NCBI GenBank assembly: GCA_002269645.1
Contig: NIVC01001567.1
Location: forward strand, 1-64,000
Direction: 5' to 3'
Source: Macrostomum lignano
Taxonomy: Eukaryota
DNA: 64,000 nucleotides
The notes below the pieces were generated by a model. The model was not told the origin of the DNA. It did not search any database and worked only from the letters and a program-made list of their open reading frames with translations. This document shows, in pieces, positions 22,407-33,575 of the stretch. Position numbers and translations under genes: made by a program. Numbering within the stretch: the stretch's first letter is position 1; the number at the start of each line of letters is the position of its first letter.

Positions 22407-23432
22407 TCAGGCGACGAGTCTGAAGAACTGCTGGATCTCCTCGGCACTCATGGACCTGTTGGCGATGGCAACCGCACGCACAACTCCGCTTAATACACGA
22501 GAAAGAGAGTCCTCAGGTCTCGGCCTGTGACCGATGTACATCCGACAGCAGCGGTTTGGCATGCTGAACGATTTGTCAGCTGAGCTGGTCGGCACAAAGG
22601 ACTCGTTGAAGAACAGCCGAGAAGCCACTCGGGAGCTTCCCAGCACAAAGCCGATATTGATCCAGGCGGAACTCTCGCTAGGCAGCAGGTTTGTGGGGGA
22701 AAAGACGGTGGGCTGCAGACTCCCAACCGGATGAAAATACAGCTGACGGGGCTCGCCAAACTCCCAAAAGTGAGGCCCCATTCGTGGAAAATCATCAAAG
22801 GACGCCGCCTCCATGAAGGGCTGGATCTTCGGCTCCCTCCTGAGCCTCATCAGCCACGTGAAGCTGGCCGACGGGTCGCTCGAGACGAAGCGACTGTCGT
22901 TGAGCAGCGCGTACGACGATGTCCCGTCGAAGCGGGCGCCCTCCTCAGTCCACTGCAGGTTCGCGCTCTCCAGTCGGTGGCTGCCGCCGCCGCCGCTGTC
23001 GCTCTGGCACACCAGGTTGCTGAACCGGCTGCTCCCACCTGCCAGCCACACGCCCACCAGCTGAGCGTCGAGCGAGGCGTCGCAGCTCGCCAACGACAAC
23101 GCGCGATACACCGAGCACTGCGACTGCTGCACTGCAGCTCCAGCTCCGATCGCGACGGCACCGCTTGCCTGCATCGCGCGACACACCTGCTGGTAGTGGA
23201 AGAGCGAGCACACACCTGTCTGCTTGTTCCACTCAAGCACCAGGTCGTCAGGCTCGCTGCTCGCTTTCAACACGCAGGCTTGCAGGCTTTGCGAGCTCCA
23301 TCGAGTCAGCGCCGAGGTCTCGTTGAGGCAGTGCGGCATCCGGTACTGGCACCAGCGTCTGCTGCAGCCTGCAGTCAGAACCGTAGCTACAGAAGTCCAG
23401 GCTAACAGAATTACCGGCAGTGCAGCAACCAT
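22407..23432 (-). CDS. Secreted PAN/Apple-like + LamG-like protein, copy 3 (5' type X, 3' type B)
   Basis: 341 aa; signal peptide MVAALPVILLAWTS as in copy 1; divergent C-terminal half ending ...FFRLVA. Confidence 0.85.
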   Translation of the reverse strand: MVAALPVILLAWTSVATVLTAGCSRRWCQYRMPHCLNETSALTRWSSQSLQACVLKASSEPDDLVLEWNKQTGVCSLFHYQQVCRAMQASGAVAIGAGAAVQQSQCSVYRALSLASCDASLDAQLVGVWLAGGSSRFSNLVCQSDSGGGGSHRLESANLQWTEEGARFDGTSSYALLNDSRFVSSDPSASFTWLMRLRREPKIQPFMEAASFDDFPRMGPHFWEFGEPRQLYFHPVGSLQPTVFSPTNLLPSESSAWINIGFVLGSSRVASRLFFNESFVPTSSADKSFSMPNRCCRMYIGHRPRPEDSLSRVLSGVVRAVAIANRSMSAEEIQQFFRLVA

Positions 23433-24281
23433 TTTTCCACATACTGTGTATTAGAGAAAATACTTGTTTCACGACTCAAAGCTATCAGTACCGAGAGAGT
23501 TTTTCGGCTTTCTTCCATGTTTTATCAGCGGTCTGTTTGCAGACGTTGCGGATTTAGCTCGAGCAATAGTCAGTTTCTCGGAGTCACTGCAGCTTTTAGC
23601 TTTCACTATTTGCTTGATGTTGCTGCTTGGCGCGTTTGCTCAACAGAAGCCAGTTAAGGCAGGACTGGTGTTTGCTTCTGCAATGTGTAGATAGAATCGA
23701 CGCCGACGCTACTTTTATCCTATCAGTATCACGTTCCTATTTTACGGATGATGATGGTCCAGTACGGACCTGACATATAGGATATGTTTTATTCATGTAA
23801 AGATTCGTACCCTCACTGTTCCATGCAATTTCAATGTTAGCCTTGGATTTTTGCAACTATATCTTAACTCTTAAACGAAGTCACTAACGACCGCAGGCTT
23901 TCCCTCTGTCTTCAAGACTCGAAGGGCTAATCCAATCCACAACAGAATTCTGCGCAGTCCATCAGACTCAGCAACAAAACTATCGAATTGGGGTTCGCGT
24001 CTGAGCTCGTTGGTAGGTTGCCTGCAGAGTCAACAGGTCCAGGAGATGCACCAGTGGAGTCTCCAATGGCACAATAGACGGACCAGGCCGGCGTGGCGAC
24101 AGAGTGTCGTTTTGGTGACTTACCTCACTTGTCGGCCATGTTTAAGCTTCTCGGCATTATCAACAAGCAAATGATCACATGAGCAATACTGTAGCAAATG
24201 ACTTTGCCAGCGGCAGGTAACACAAATTCAGAGCACATGCATAAGCGATCTCTTACTAACAGTAGCACGATAAGAATATGA

Positions 24282-24828
24282 CTTGACTTACTTGACTCAG
24301 CTGCAGGGGGCTCCGTGCGTCCGGAAACAGCGAGGAGGCGTTGCCGCCCATTTCGCTAACCCCTGGCGACCACGGGCAGCTAGTGCTGCGGTGTCGCGCA
24401 GGGAGTTCCGGTGGCGCCGGCGTCCGCAGCGCGGTCCCCCTCCGGAGAGTCCAGGAGGTGGATTGTCGCTCGCCCGGTAGCCCTTAGGTAGCGGACGAGC
24501 TGGCAGAGATTCTCGGGCCTGAAAACGTCGGAGAGGTCCGGGTTTGGGCCGAGGTAGGTGAGCCTGTCCTGAGTAAAGGCGGGGCATTCACAGATGAAGT
24601 GCTCCGCATTCTCGACACCGGAGAGGCAGAAAGGGCATTCCTCACTGCGGATTTTCTCCTGGACGTAACGATGCCTGGCAAAGCAGCCATGACCCGAGAG
24701 GGCCATGGTAACCGCCCTGATGTCCCTGCGGTTGAGTCCAAGCAGGGCCCTGCGTAGGGCGGGGGAGGGACAGGGGACAGCCGCGCGGGATTGCCGGCAG
24801 TCGGGGGCGTCAGCCCACCTCTCCCTGT
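24282..24828 (-). mobile_element. 5'-truncated non-LTR retrotransposon (LINE 3' end with CCHC motif) with 14-bp TSD
   Basis: LSGHGCF...ECPFC...[13 protein letters not shown] (C-terminal zinc knuckle); TCAAG-repeat tail; CGATAAGAATATGA at 24268-24281 and 24829-24842. Confidence 0.9.
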
Positions 24829-25209
24829 CGATAAGAATATGAATTAAAACTGTAAAATAGTGGTTACAAAAAGTTGCGAATTGCATAGGATAATAGAACT
24901 TTGAACGAGCTGATGAGAAGGAAAGACCTTGAAACTGATCCAGGACCTAAAAAGGCTTCTTCTGCACTGGCAAAAAGAAGACAGAGAAACTATATAACAG
25001 TCATTGCCCAATGCTAAAAAGCGCTAACTATATGGTAAAGTTACTATTTTAAATCTACAAACTACAATAGTTACTTACTAGCTAGTTAATTTTAAATTTG
25101 AAAAGTACAAAAACTTTTTATTCCATGTTATAAAAGTTTACTTTTTATCTGCTATTTTTAGACGGATTAGTTGGAGTTAACAAGAAAATATACAGTTTTA
25201 TTATAGTGG

Positions 25210-25483
25210 ACTTGACATCTCAGAAATTCTCCCCGTATGCCTTGACATCTCAGAAATTCTCCCCGTAAGCCTTGACATCTCAGAAATTCCCCCCGTAAGC
25301 CTTGACATCTCAGAAATTCTCCCCGTATGCCTTGACATCTCAGAAATTCCCCCGTATGCCTTGACATCTCAGAAATTCTCCCCGTATGCCTTGACATCTC
25401 AGAAATTCCCCCCGTATGCCTTGACATCTCAGAAATTCTCCCCGTATGCCTTGAAATCTCAGAAATTCCCCCGTAAGCCTTGG
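25210..25483 (+). repeat. ~30-bp minisatellite CCTTGACATCTCAGAAATTCTCCCCGTATG
   Basis: About nine units. Confidence 0.95.
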
Positions 25484-25681
25484 CGTATCAACATTTTTGC
25501 ATGCCTACAAGGTAGTCTATATTGCAATAGTTACTTATTAATTAGAAGCGTATTGCCATAGATAGACTAAAGACACACAGTATCCCAATTTACAGGCGTG
25601 GTGTTGAGAGTGAGCTTGGAATCAGCTTTGGAGTCGTGCTACTGACTGCAGTTGGATATGGAACAGATTGTCTGTACTAAA

Positions 25682-25792
25682 GGGCATGCAAAGCCTTGAC
25701 ATCCCATCGCATGAGATGACATCTCATCGCATCTCATCGCATGACATCTTTCGCATGACATCTCATGTCATGCGACAAGCCTTCGCATGCCC
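25682..25792. mobile_element. Small MITE-like element with ~17-bp imperfect TIRs
   Basis: GGGCATGCAAAGCCTTG ... CAAGCCTTCGCATGCCC around internal CATC/CATG repeats. Confidence 0.5.
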
Positions 25793-26187
25793 CAAGGCTT
25801 AAGGCATGCGAATGGTCTAACAAAAATTAGCTTTCTCTAAAAGAAGAGATTAATTGCAATGCTAATGCAATGTAATCAGACAGTAATGGAGTTTAAATTA
25901 TAAAACAGAACGTTCTTGTTCTGCACTTATTGTCAGGTTCTCCAACGAGCAAGTGAACTGAATTGATTAAGTTTTACTGGTACGATCCGTAGTTATCGAA
26001 CCCTTCTCCCGGAATATCTGAACTCACTGTGCGATCACCGTATAAACTCTCCGTGTCGCCCTCTCACCATGCTCTAAATGAGACTGAGATTTTCATGTCG
26101 AAAACTAAAAGTTACTTCTGCATCTTTGGCTACTAATCTTTGAGCGTAAGCTTGACTAAATGCATGTGGAGCTCATGCACTTTAAGA

Positions 26188-26460
26188 GAGGTTGTAGCCT
26201 AGTGGTTAGAGGTTCGGGGGTTCGATTCCCGATCCCTATGGAACAATTTGTGTACTTGAGCAATACATTTAACTTCACAGATTGCTCCACAGGTCACCCA
26301 GCTGTAAAATGGGTGCCAGCATTAGCTGGGGTAATTGTGTGTGGCGACCCCCCCCCCCCCCCAGTCCTTAGACTGAACAGCCGTACGCAGCCTTCAGATA
26401 GCTGCGGCTGAGATATGTCGGTTGCACATCTGGCCTAATTGGGACAGGTGTCATCAATTA
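26188..26460 (+). mobile_element. tRNA-derived SINE, family 1
   Basis: A-box TAGCCTAGTGG, B-box GGTTCGATTCC, then TGTACTTGAGCAA...CACCCAGCTGTAAAATGGGTGCC shared with copies at 55.6 and 62.0 kb. Confidence 0.8.
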
Positions 26461-26739
26461 TTAGCCACTTTAGTAAAAAATTCTAAAATTCTCTCTGCAT
26501 AGAACTGGACTCAACATGAGTTCCTTCAATATTAGATTCCCTTTGGACTTCCGCATTTGCGGCTTTAAATTATCGATAAGATTACTCGTGTGCGAGGACT
26601 GAGGCTTTTAATTGTAAAGAAATGGTTAATGCTTTGATTTGAAAATTATCACACACTAATAGATCAACATATCTGTTCATCAATTCATCATTTTAATCTT
26701 TCTATCTCAAGCCATATAATTTACACTATCAAGAAATTG

Positions 26740-27010
26740 TGAAACAAAGAGAAGTTGCAGACTTCTTCAAAGCAGGAAAATCAGCGTTGGAGTGACTAAA
26801 GCACATGCGGGACATCCAACAGGCTGTGGACAGTGTCCCGAAGTCAAATCTGCCGCGTCTTCAACGGACTTCTGAAAGGCGTGAGAGCTTGCAGAAGACA
26901 CTGTGTTAATATTCAAGACCAGCATTCATAAGATCACTGGTCCATGATCTGCAGCGGAAGCATGTGCCTGCTAGGTTGGTCCCACTCCAGAGCAACGCAC
27001 GACTGCATGT
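26740..27010 (+). pseudogene. Decayed mariner transposase N-terminus (HTH region)
   Basis: KQREVADFFKAGKSALE*...RRESLQK and LVHDLQRKHVPARLVP.PEQR resemble the mariner HTH and WVPxxL linker; contains a stop and deletions. Confidence 0.55.
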
Positions 27011-27529
27011 GTCAGCGAGGAGAAAGGAGCATCTTATGACAACTTCACACAACTTATTACAATGATTCATGTTCCTGCCGGCCTGTGTAACTCTGTTAAC
27101 ATGACATTTTGTTTAAATTCAGCTTTTTTCTCCTAAACAAGTCGTGAGAACCTTCAGGCTAAAATCCTAACTCTTTTTAGAAGCTAATTTCTCATTCAAC
27201 TCGCTGGTCACTCTCTCAGTCACCCCACTCCAAAGTGAAAGTCACTCCCCCAGAAAATTTTATCAATATGGGTAAAGAGACCATTTCGGAATGCAAAACG
27301 GTTCAAACATCGACAGTTTTTATTTGATTTATGATTCAAAAACTGTTGTCGCACAAAAAACGGTTATAAGATGTTATTATCGTGATAGGCCCCTAGTGTT
27401 GTGATAAAAAAAACCAGTCAAACCATATACGAGCTGACTATTAAGACTCAATCCAGTACCAAAGTACTCGTATTAACGAAGCTATTCAAAAGATTTATAC
27501 AGGCGTAAAATTTAATCGGACTTAAAAGT

Positions 27530-28555
27530 CTACGGCAAAGTGCTGAAGAAGTCTCTCATCTGCTGCTCAGTCAGCGAGGCGTTGGCGATGGCCACAGCCC
27601 GCACCACTCCCTGCAGGAAGGCGCCGCCCTCGCTGAACCGGCGACCGACAGACACGATGTAGCACGGGAACAAAGTCCTGTCGTTCGAGCCTGAAGCTGT
27701 GGCGATAAATTCTCCGTTCAGGTAGAAGGCATGGAACGACTGGTTTGATCCGATGGAGACTCCGATGTCAATCATTGTGCTCGCGTTAGCAGAAATTGCG
27801 CTCAAATTAGAGAGCATCGTAAAATGCCGGTTAACAGTGGTGCTAATGGTGCTGAAGTACATCCTTCCAATCGCATCGAACTCCCACAGGTGAGGTCCGA
27901 GTACAGAAAAATCCGAGCAGGGCACAGCCTCCATGAAGGGCTGGACCCTCGGCTCCCTCCTGAGCCTCATCAGCCACGTGAAACTGGCCGACGGGTCGCT
28001 CGAGACGAAGCGACTGTCGTTGAGCAGCGCGTACGACGATGTCCCGTCGAAGCGGGCGCCCTCCTCAGTCCACTGCAGGTTCGCGCTCTCCAGTCGGTGG
28101 CTGCCGCCGCCGCCGCTGTCGCTCTGGCACACCAGGTTGCTGAACCGGCTGCTCCCACCTGCCAGCCACACGCCCATCAGCTGAGCGTCGAGCGAGGCGT
28201 CGCAGCTCGCCAACGACAACGCGCGATACACCGAGCACTGCGACTGCTGCACTGCAGCTCCAGATCCGATCGCGACGGCACCGCTTGCCTGCATCGTGCG
28301 ACACACCTGCTGGTAGTGGAAGAGCGAGCACACACCTGTCTGCTTGTTCCACTCAAGCACCAGGTCGTCAGGCTCGCTGCTCGCTTTCAACACGCAGGCT
28401 TGCAGGCTTTGCGAGCTCCATCGAGTCAGCGCCGAGGTCTCGTTGAGGCAGTGCGGCATCCGGTACTGGCACCAGCGTCTGCTGCAACTCACAGTGGATT
28501 GCGCAACTGCAGCAGCAGCGGCCAAAAGCAAGAAAATGACAGCAAAGATCTGCAT
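27530..28555 (-). CDS. Secreted PAN/Apple-like + LamG-like protein, copy 4 (5' type Z, 3' type A)
   Basis: 341 aa; signal peptide MQIFAVIFLLLAAAAAVAQSTVS; type A C-terminus ...FFSTLP. Confidence 0.85.
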   Translation of the reverse strand: MQIFAVIFLLLAAAAAVAQSTVSCSRRWCQYRMPHCLNETSALTRWSSQSLQACVLKASSEPDDLVLEWNKQTGVCSLFHYQQVCRTMQASGAVAIGSGAAVQQSQCSVYRALSLASCDASLDAQLMGVWLAGGSSRFSNLVCQSDSGGGGSHRLESANLQWTEEGARFDGTSSYALLNDSRFVSSDPSASFTWLMRLRREPRVQPFMEAVPCSDFSVLGPHLWEFDAIGRMYFSTISTTVNRHFTMLSNLSAISANASTMIDIGVSIGSNQSFHAFYLNGEFIATASGSNDRTLFPCYIVSVGRRFSEGGAFLQGVVRAVAIANASLTEQQMRDFFSTLP

Positions 28556-29009
28556 TGCTCTGCTGTGTGGTAGCTCAAGTGTAAGGAAGCAGGAGAAGTC
28601 TGGCTGCTTGCCTCTTCCCTTTTATTCCTTCATATTTTGCTCGGGAGAAAAGAAGCGTGAAGAGGTCTCCAACAGCTACAGTGAGACAATGTGGAAGCTG
28701 CAGATGCTGTTTGCAGTTGTGACACTCCATAGGACTCTTTGCAACAGGTTTTGGCAAGCTGTTGCTATGGCTTTCGCTTCTCAGCCTACTCAATGCAAAT
28801 TTGGCTAAAAGACATGGGGCTTCAGGGCGTTACTTAATGCCCTTTTAACAATCTGTCTTGGGGTTTAACGTTACAGTTATCTACAATTCTTTCACAAACA
28901 ATTCTGCATTGTTAAGTCTCTCAGACAGTACGGTTTGAGCTGTTCGGTTTCCGGGTCTAGGACAGAATTCTGCTGTAATTGAAGTGCCACTAATAAATTG
29001 CTTAATGAG

Positions 29010-29510
29010 ACGATGAGACGTGGAAAGGTGTGCGAAAAAAAGATGAGCGATGAGAGAGGAGACGCGAGGGATGGGATGAGAGAAGAGATAAGAGAGGAGA
29101 TAACAGGAGCGAAGAGGAGAGAGGAGAGAGGGGAAAGAAAAGGACTCTAGAAGAGAGGAGAGGAGAGGAAAGGAGAGGGATTAGGAGGAGAGTGGAGAGA
29201 GGGGTGAGGAGGAAAGTGGAGAGAGAAGAGGAGAGGGGAGAGAATAGGAGAGGAGAGAGAAGAGGAGAAGAGGAGAAGGGAAAGAAGAGGAGAGGGGAGA
29301 GAAGAGGAAAGGGGAGAGAAGAAGAGAGGGGAGAGAAGAGGAGAGGGAGAGAGGGGAGAGAAGAGAGACAGATGAGAGCTAAGAAGAGACACAAACCCTG
29401 AATCGGCCGAATTGCTAATGAAAAATAAAAAATATCAAAGGACCCAAGGGCCGGATAGAGAGTCTTCGCGGGCCACATGTGGCCTTCAGACCGGAGTTTC
29501 CTGACGAACT
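29010..29510 (-). mobile_element. Partial non-autonomous hAT-like element with internal CT/GA low-complexity tract
   Basis: The reverse complement of 29380-29510 aligns to the left end of the 51135-52553 element (GGCCACAxGTGGCCC...TCTATCCGGCCC...GGTTTGTGTCTCT). Confidence 0.7.
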
Positions 29511-29914
29511 AAGCTAACCCAAACCGAAACCCTTGGCGGTTAAATTTGCCATTCATTTTGCCGACAGTCAAAATTTTTGTGTCCGAAGCCAGTTCAATAT
29601 CTTTTGAGCCTGGCAATTGTATGACAGATTGTTGTTCCAAAGTCTATGAGCTTCTCTTGCGTTAATTACTGCTTCAAACTAGGATTATGCCAAGTAAGTG
29701 GAAGCCCGTACTTGGATCTGACATCGGCGTATTGACTGGAAAAAATCGTATGACTCAATGGAGGGCGGCGGTTTTTGCTGCAGAGTGCGATAGCTGGGCG
29801 TTGGCGTTGGCTGCTGGGGCTGTTGCCTCCAGGACCCCGGGTCCTGCACAATATTGCTTGGTGAACTAGCTGTGCAGTATGAGTCTGGTATGGTTTGGTA
29901 TGGTTTGCTTAAGT

Positions 29915-30090
29915 TTGCTACCTAAGGGCTACCGGGCGAGCGACCACCCACCTCCTGGACTTTCTGGAAGGGGAACCGCGCTGCGGACACTGGCACCAGC
30001 TGCCCGTGGTCGCCAGGGGTTAGCGAAATGGGCGGCAACGCCTCCTCGCTGCATCCGGATGCACACGGAGCCCCCTGCAGCTGAGTCAAG
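29915..30090 (+). mobile_element. Short 3'-end copy of the same LINE as 24282-24828
   Basis: GCTACCTAAGGGCTACCGGGCGAGCGAC...CCCCCTGCAGCTGAGTCAAG matches the 3' end of the 24.3-kb copy, with an internal deletion. Confidence 0.85.
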
Positions 30091-31744
30091 CTATGCTCTC
30101 TTTAATTTCTTCATTAATTATTGTTAAAAAATCTCTGGTAGCACACCAGAGAAAGCATAGCTTGACTCTATTGTTGAAGCCATCGCTTACTTTGAAATAG
30201 TGGAGTCCCCTTGCAGAGAGGCCCGTTTAGTTGACGACAGCTAAGCAATCAAAATTTCTTGTCGTCAGACGCGGTACATGCTCTGCGTTTTACATGCAGG
30301 ATATTGCCAAGAATCAAAGAACCCAATATTTTTTTGACATTCTGTAACCGTTCTTTGCCATTCACAGCCTACTTTCCACTTTTGTGAATTCACTGCCGTC
30401 TTGTCAACACTATTGGTGGCAGCTCTTTGGGTGACGATTTCGTAGAGAAGGCGCTTTTGCGAAGCTGTAAGCCTGCCACACAACTCGAGTTCAAACGATA
30501 AAATTTCTTCATCCACTTATTATTTTTTAAACAGTTTGCTTGATGGAAAGGTAACTTGAACTGCTGCAGACGTTTATATAACGCTTCTGCGCTTGAAAAA
30601 CCTTCTAGAAATGGGCTCATTCAGTTGACACAATGTATTGTTTAAAGAGCTTCACAATGATAAGCATGAGAAATTCTATTACTCAGAGTTCGAATACAGT
30701 GATAAGCACTGTAATTTATTTTTAAAACTTTTTTTATTATAAAGTCTGTTAAATTTTAAGGTTAACAAGTAGCTTATTACCGTATTTTAACGCTCCCGTT
30801 TGTTTAAATGAAATTTCACGCTTGTCATAGAAGCTATTGTTTGTACAGAAGCCTAAAATCCGGAACATTCAGATTTAAAACGCACAGCCATTCTTTTTAA
30901 ATTTTAATTGATTTGAGAAACACCGGAACTTTTTGTTGTTAAAAGCACGAGGCGTCCGGTTGCTTGCCCTACGTTTTTATCCTACTTTTTATTTGCTCTG
31001 CAGTAACAAATGCAAATGAAAAGCCTTAGCCATTGCGCTGAAATGCAAGCTAGCAGAATCACTATGCCATTGGAATTTTTGCCAATAGGTTGAGCAGGCA
31101 AGCTGTTGAGCTGCTGCCAGCTTCACAGCTGCATTGTTTCCGTTCCTCATCTTGAGACAATGCAAACGAAGCTGAAGGAGCGAAGGCGGAACGGCCATTG
31201 AGCCGTGGCATTCGTGCTGTTTAAATATGCTGTAATTTTTCAGGTTTATTCAATTTCGTAGGATGCGACGCATGGATAAAGTTCATGCGGATGAACATTC
31301 GGCTGCTCAACATCCAAAAGTGGCCATCACAGAAGATTCCGTCTGTGGTCACCACTTTTGAGAGTGCAGGTAAAGTCTCTCAATCTCTCAATCAAGAAGA
31401 TTTCAGTTGAAGAATGAAGTGGAGGGAGCGATGTGCGAGGGTTGGACGGATTAAAGCTACCTATTACTGCAAAAAGATGTACAACAAGTTATCAGTCGTA
31501 GCTTAGAACACCCAAGTTCACTGGCAATGCTGATAATCAACTTGGGTTGTACAAAAAGTTTTGCAAACTCTCAAAGGGATCTGCGTTAGATTGAAAGTCT
31601 GGCCGCATTACTGACTTTTAGATAACCACGAGAGCCAATTCAACCAAGTGTATTTATTGGTTGTGTAAAACCTGCTGACAACTGATTTTTAAAACAGAAT
31701 CTTTTCCTAAGCATTAATAGCAGCTGCACTGCATGCATCAGCAA

Positions 31745-32773
31745 TCAGGCAACGAGTCTGAAGAACTGCCGGATCTCCTCCGCACTCATGGACCTGTTGG
31801 CGATGGCAACCGCACGCACAACTCCGCTTAATACACGAGAAAGAGAGTCCTCAGGTCTCGGCCTGTGACCGATGTACATCCGACAGCAGCGGTTTGGCAT
31901 GCTGAACGAGTTGTCAACTGAGCTGGTCGGCACAAAGGACTCGTTGAAGAACAGCCGAGAAGCCACTCCGGAGTTGCCAAGCACAAAGCCGATATTGATC
32001 CAGGCGGAACTCTCGCTTGGCAGCAGGTTTGTGGGCGAAATGGCGGTGGGCTGCAGACTCCCCACCGGATGAAAGAACAGCCGGCGGGGCTCGCCAAACT
32101 CCCAGAAGTGGGGCCCGATCTCAGGCACATCATCAAAGGACGCCGCCTCCATGAAGGGCTGGACCCTCGGCTGCCTTTTGAGCCTCATCAGCCACGTGAA
32201 GCTGGCCGACGGGTCGCTCGAGACGAAGCGACTGTCGTTGAGCAGCGCGTACGACGATGTCCCGTCGAAGCGGGCGCCCTCCTCAGTCCACTGCAGGTTC
32301 GCGCTCTCCAGTCGGTGGCTGCCGCCGCCGCCGCTGTCGCTCTGGCACACCAGGTTGCTGAACCGGCTGCTCCCACCTGCCAGCCACACGCCCACCAGCT
32401 GAGCGTCGAGCGAGGCGTCGCAGCTCGCCAACGACAACGCGCGATACACCGAGCACTGCGACTGCTGCACTGCAGCTCCAGCTCCGATCGCGACGGCACC
32501 GCTTGCCTGCATCGTGCGACACACCTGCTGGTAGTGGAAGAGCGAGCACACACCTATCTGCTTGTTCCACTCAAGCACCAGGTCGTCAGGCTCGCTGCTC
32601 GCTTTCAACACGCAGGCTTGCAGGCTTTGCGAGCTCCATCGAGTCAGCGCCGAGGTCTCGTTGAGGCAGTGCGGCATCCGGTACTGGCACCAGCGTCTGC
32701 TGCAACTCACAGTGGATTGCGCAACTGCAGCGGCAGCGTTCAAAAGCAAGAAAATGACAGCAAAGATCTGCAT
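31745..32773 (-). CDS. Secreted PAN/Apple-like + LamG-like protein, copy 5 (5' type Z, 3' type B)
   Basis: 342 aa; signal peptide as in copy 4; C-terminal half as in copy 3 (...FFRLVA). Confidence 0.85.
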   Translation of the reverse strand: MQIFAVIFLLLNAAAAVAQSTVSCSRRWCQYRMPHCLNETSALTRWSSQSLQACVLKASSEPDDLVLEWNKQIGVCSLFHYQQVCRTMQASGAVAIGAGAAVQQSQCSVYRALSLASCDASLDAQLVGVWLAGGSSRFSNLVCQSDSGGGGSHRLESANLQWTEEGARFDGTSSYALLNDSRFVSSDPSASFTWLMRLKRQPRVQPFMEAASFDDVPEIGPHFWEFGEPRRLFFHPVGSLQPTAISPTNLLPSESSAWINIGFVLGNSGVASRLFFNESFVPTSSVDNSFSMPNRCCRMYIGHRPRPEDSLSRVLSGVVRAVAIANRSMSAEEIRQFFRLVA

Positions 32774-33490
32774 TGCTCAGCTGTGTGTCACAGAAGTGTA
32801 AGGAAGCAGGAGACGTCTGGCTGCTTGCCCGTGCCACGTTCCATGCTACTTTATATTTGCTCAGTAACGCATAGGCAGGATTCATTTTCAGATGTTGCTA
32901 TGCAATCCAAGCTTTAGGGGGGGGGGGTCTATCACCGGTGGGTTTCCGTTTCCTTATCCGTGACAATGCAAGCGACGCTGAAAGCGTGAAGTCTGCAGAC
33001 AAGCCATAGAATTTGTGCTGCATAATTTTTTGTTTAGCCCCGGGCCGTGTTGTATGTTGGGCTTTAGACTGACTTACAGTCAATAATTTTTAGTAATATT
33101 CATCCATAGCGTGCGACGCATGGATAGCGTTCATGGGAGATCTGATGCATGGATGAACCTCTAGCTGCATTATTTGCAGTATGCTATGTGCATAGAGCTG
33201 GCGGTTGGCTCAGTGTGCTGCTTTCAGTCCGCAATTTCTGCGCCTGAATGGCTGTGAAGTGGCAGTTTGGATGACAGTATATTGAGATAAGCAAAACCTC
33301 TGGTGATCGAACTAGTGCGCCTGAGCTTCTATAGCTGTTCCATATAATATTGTCGTGTACAGAGCCCACGATACTACTTATTAAAGTAGATTGCTGAGCG
33401 AGTAATCATGATTACCCTTCGTGGAATAGATGTGGAATATTGTAGATAGCATTTTTTATTTTGACAATTATAATGAACATTTCGATAACA

Positions 33491-33575
33491 ATATGAACCA
33501 GTTCTGACAGTATTTGGTCTCCATGACAACCATATGAACCAGTTCTGACAGTACTGGTCTCCATGACAACCATAT
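33491..33575 (+). repeat. Two isolated monomers of the 40-bp satellite found at 41-43 kb
   Basis: ATATGAACCAGTTCTGACAGT..GGTCTCCATGACAACC x2. Confidence 0.9.

Noticed and set aside
30265-30620. Possible Myb/SANT-like transposon ORF (RLTASQKRLLYEIV...)
   Set aside because: Only a faint resemblance, short and broken, with no transposase or TIRs found.
19508-32917. Long antisense or alternate-frame ORFs overlapping the secreted genes
   Set aside because: These are shadows of GC-rich coding sequence, repeated only because the core is duplicated; their ends differ between copies.
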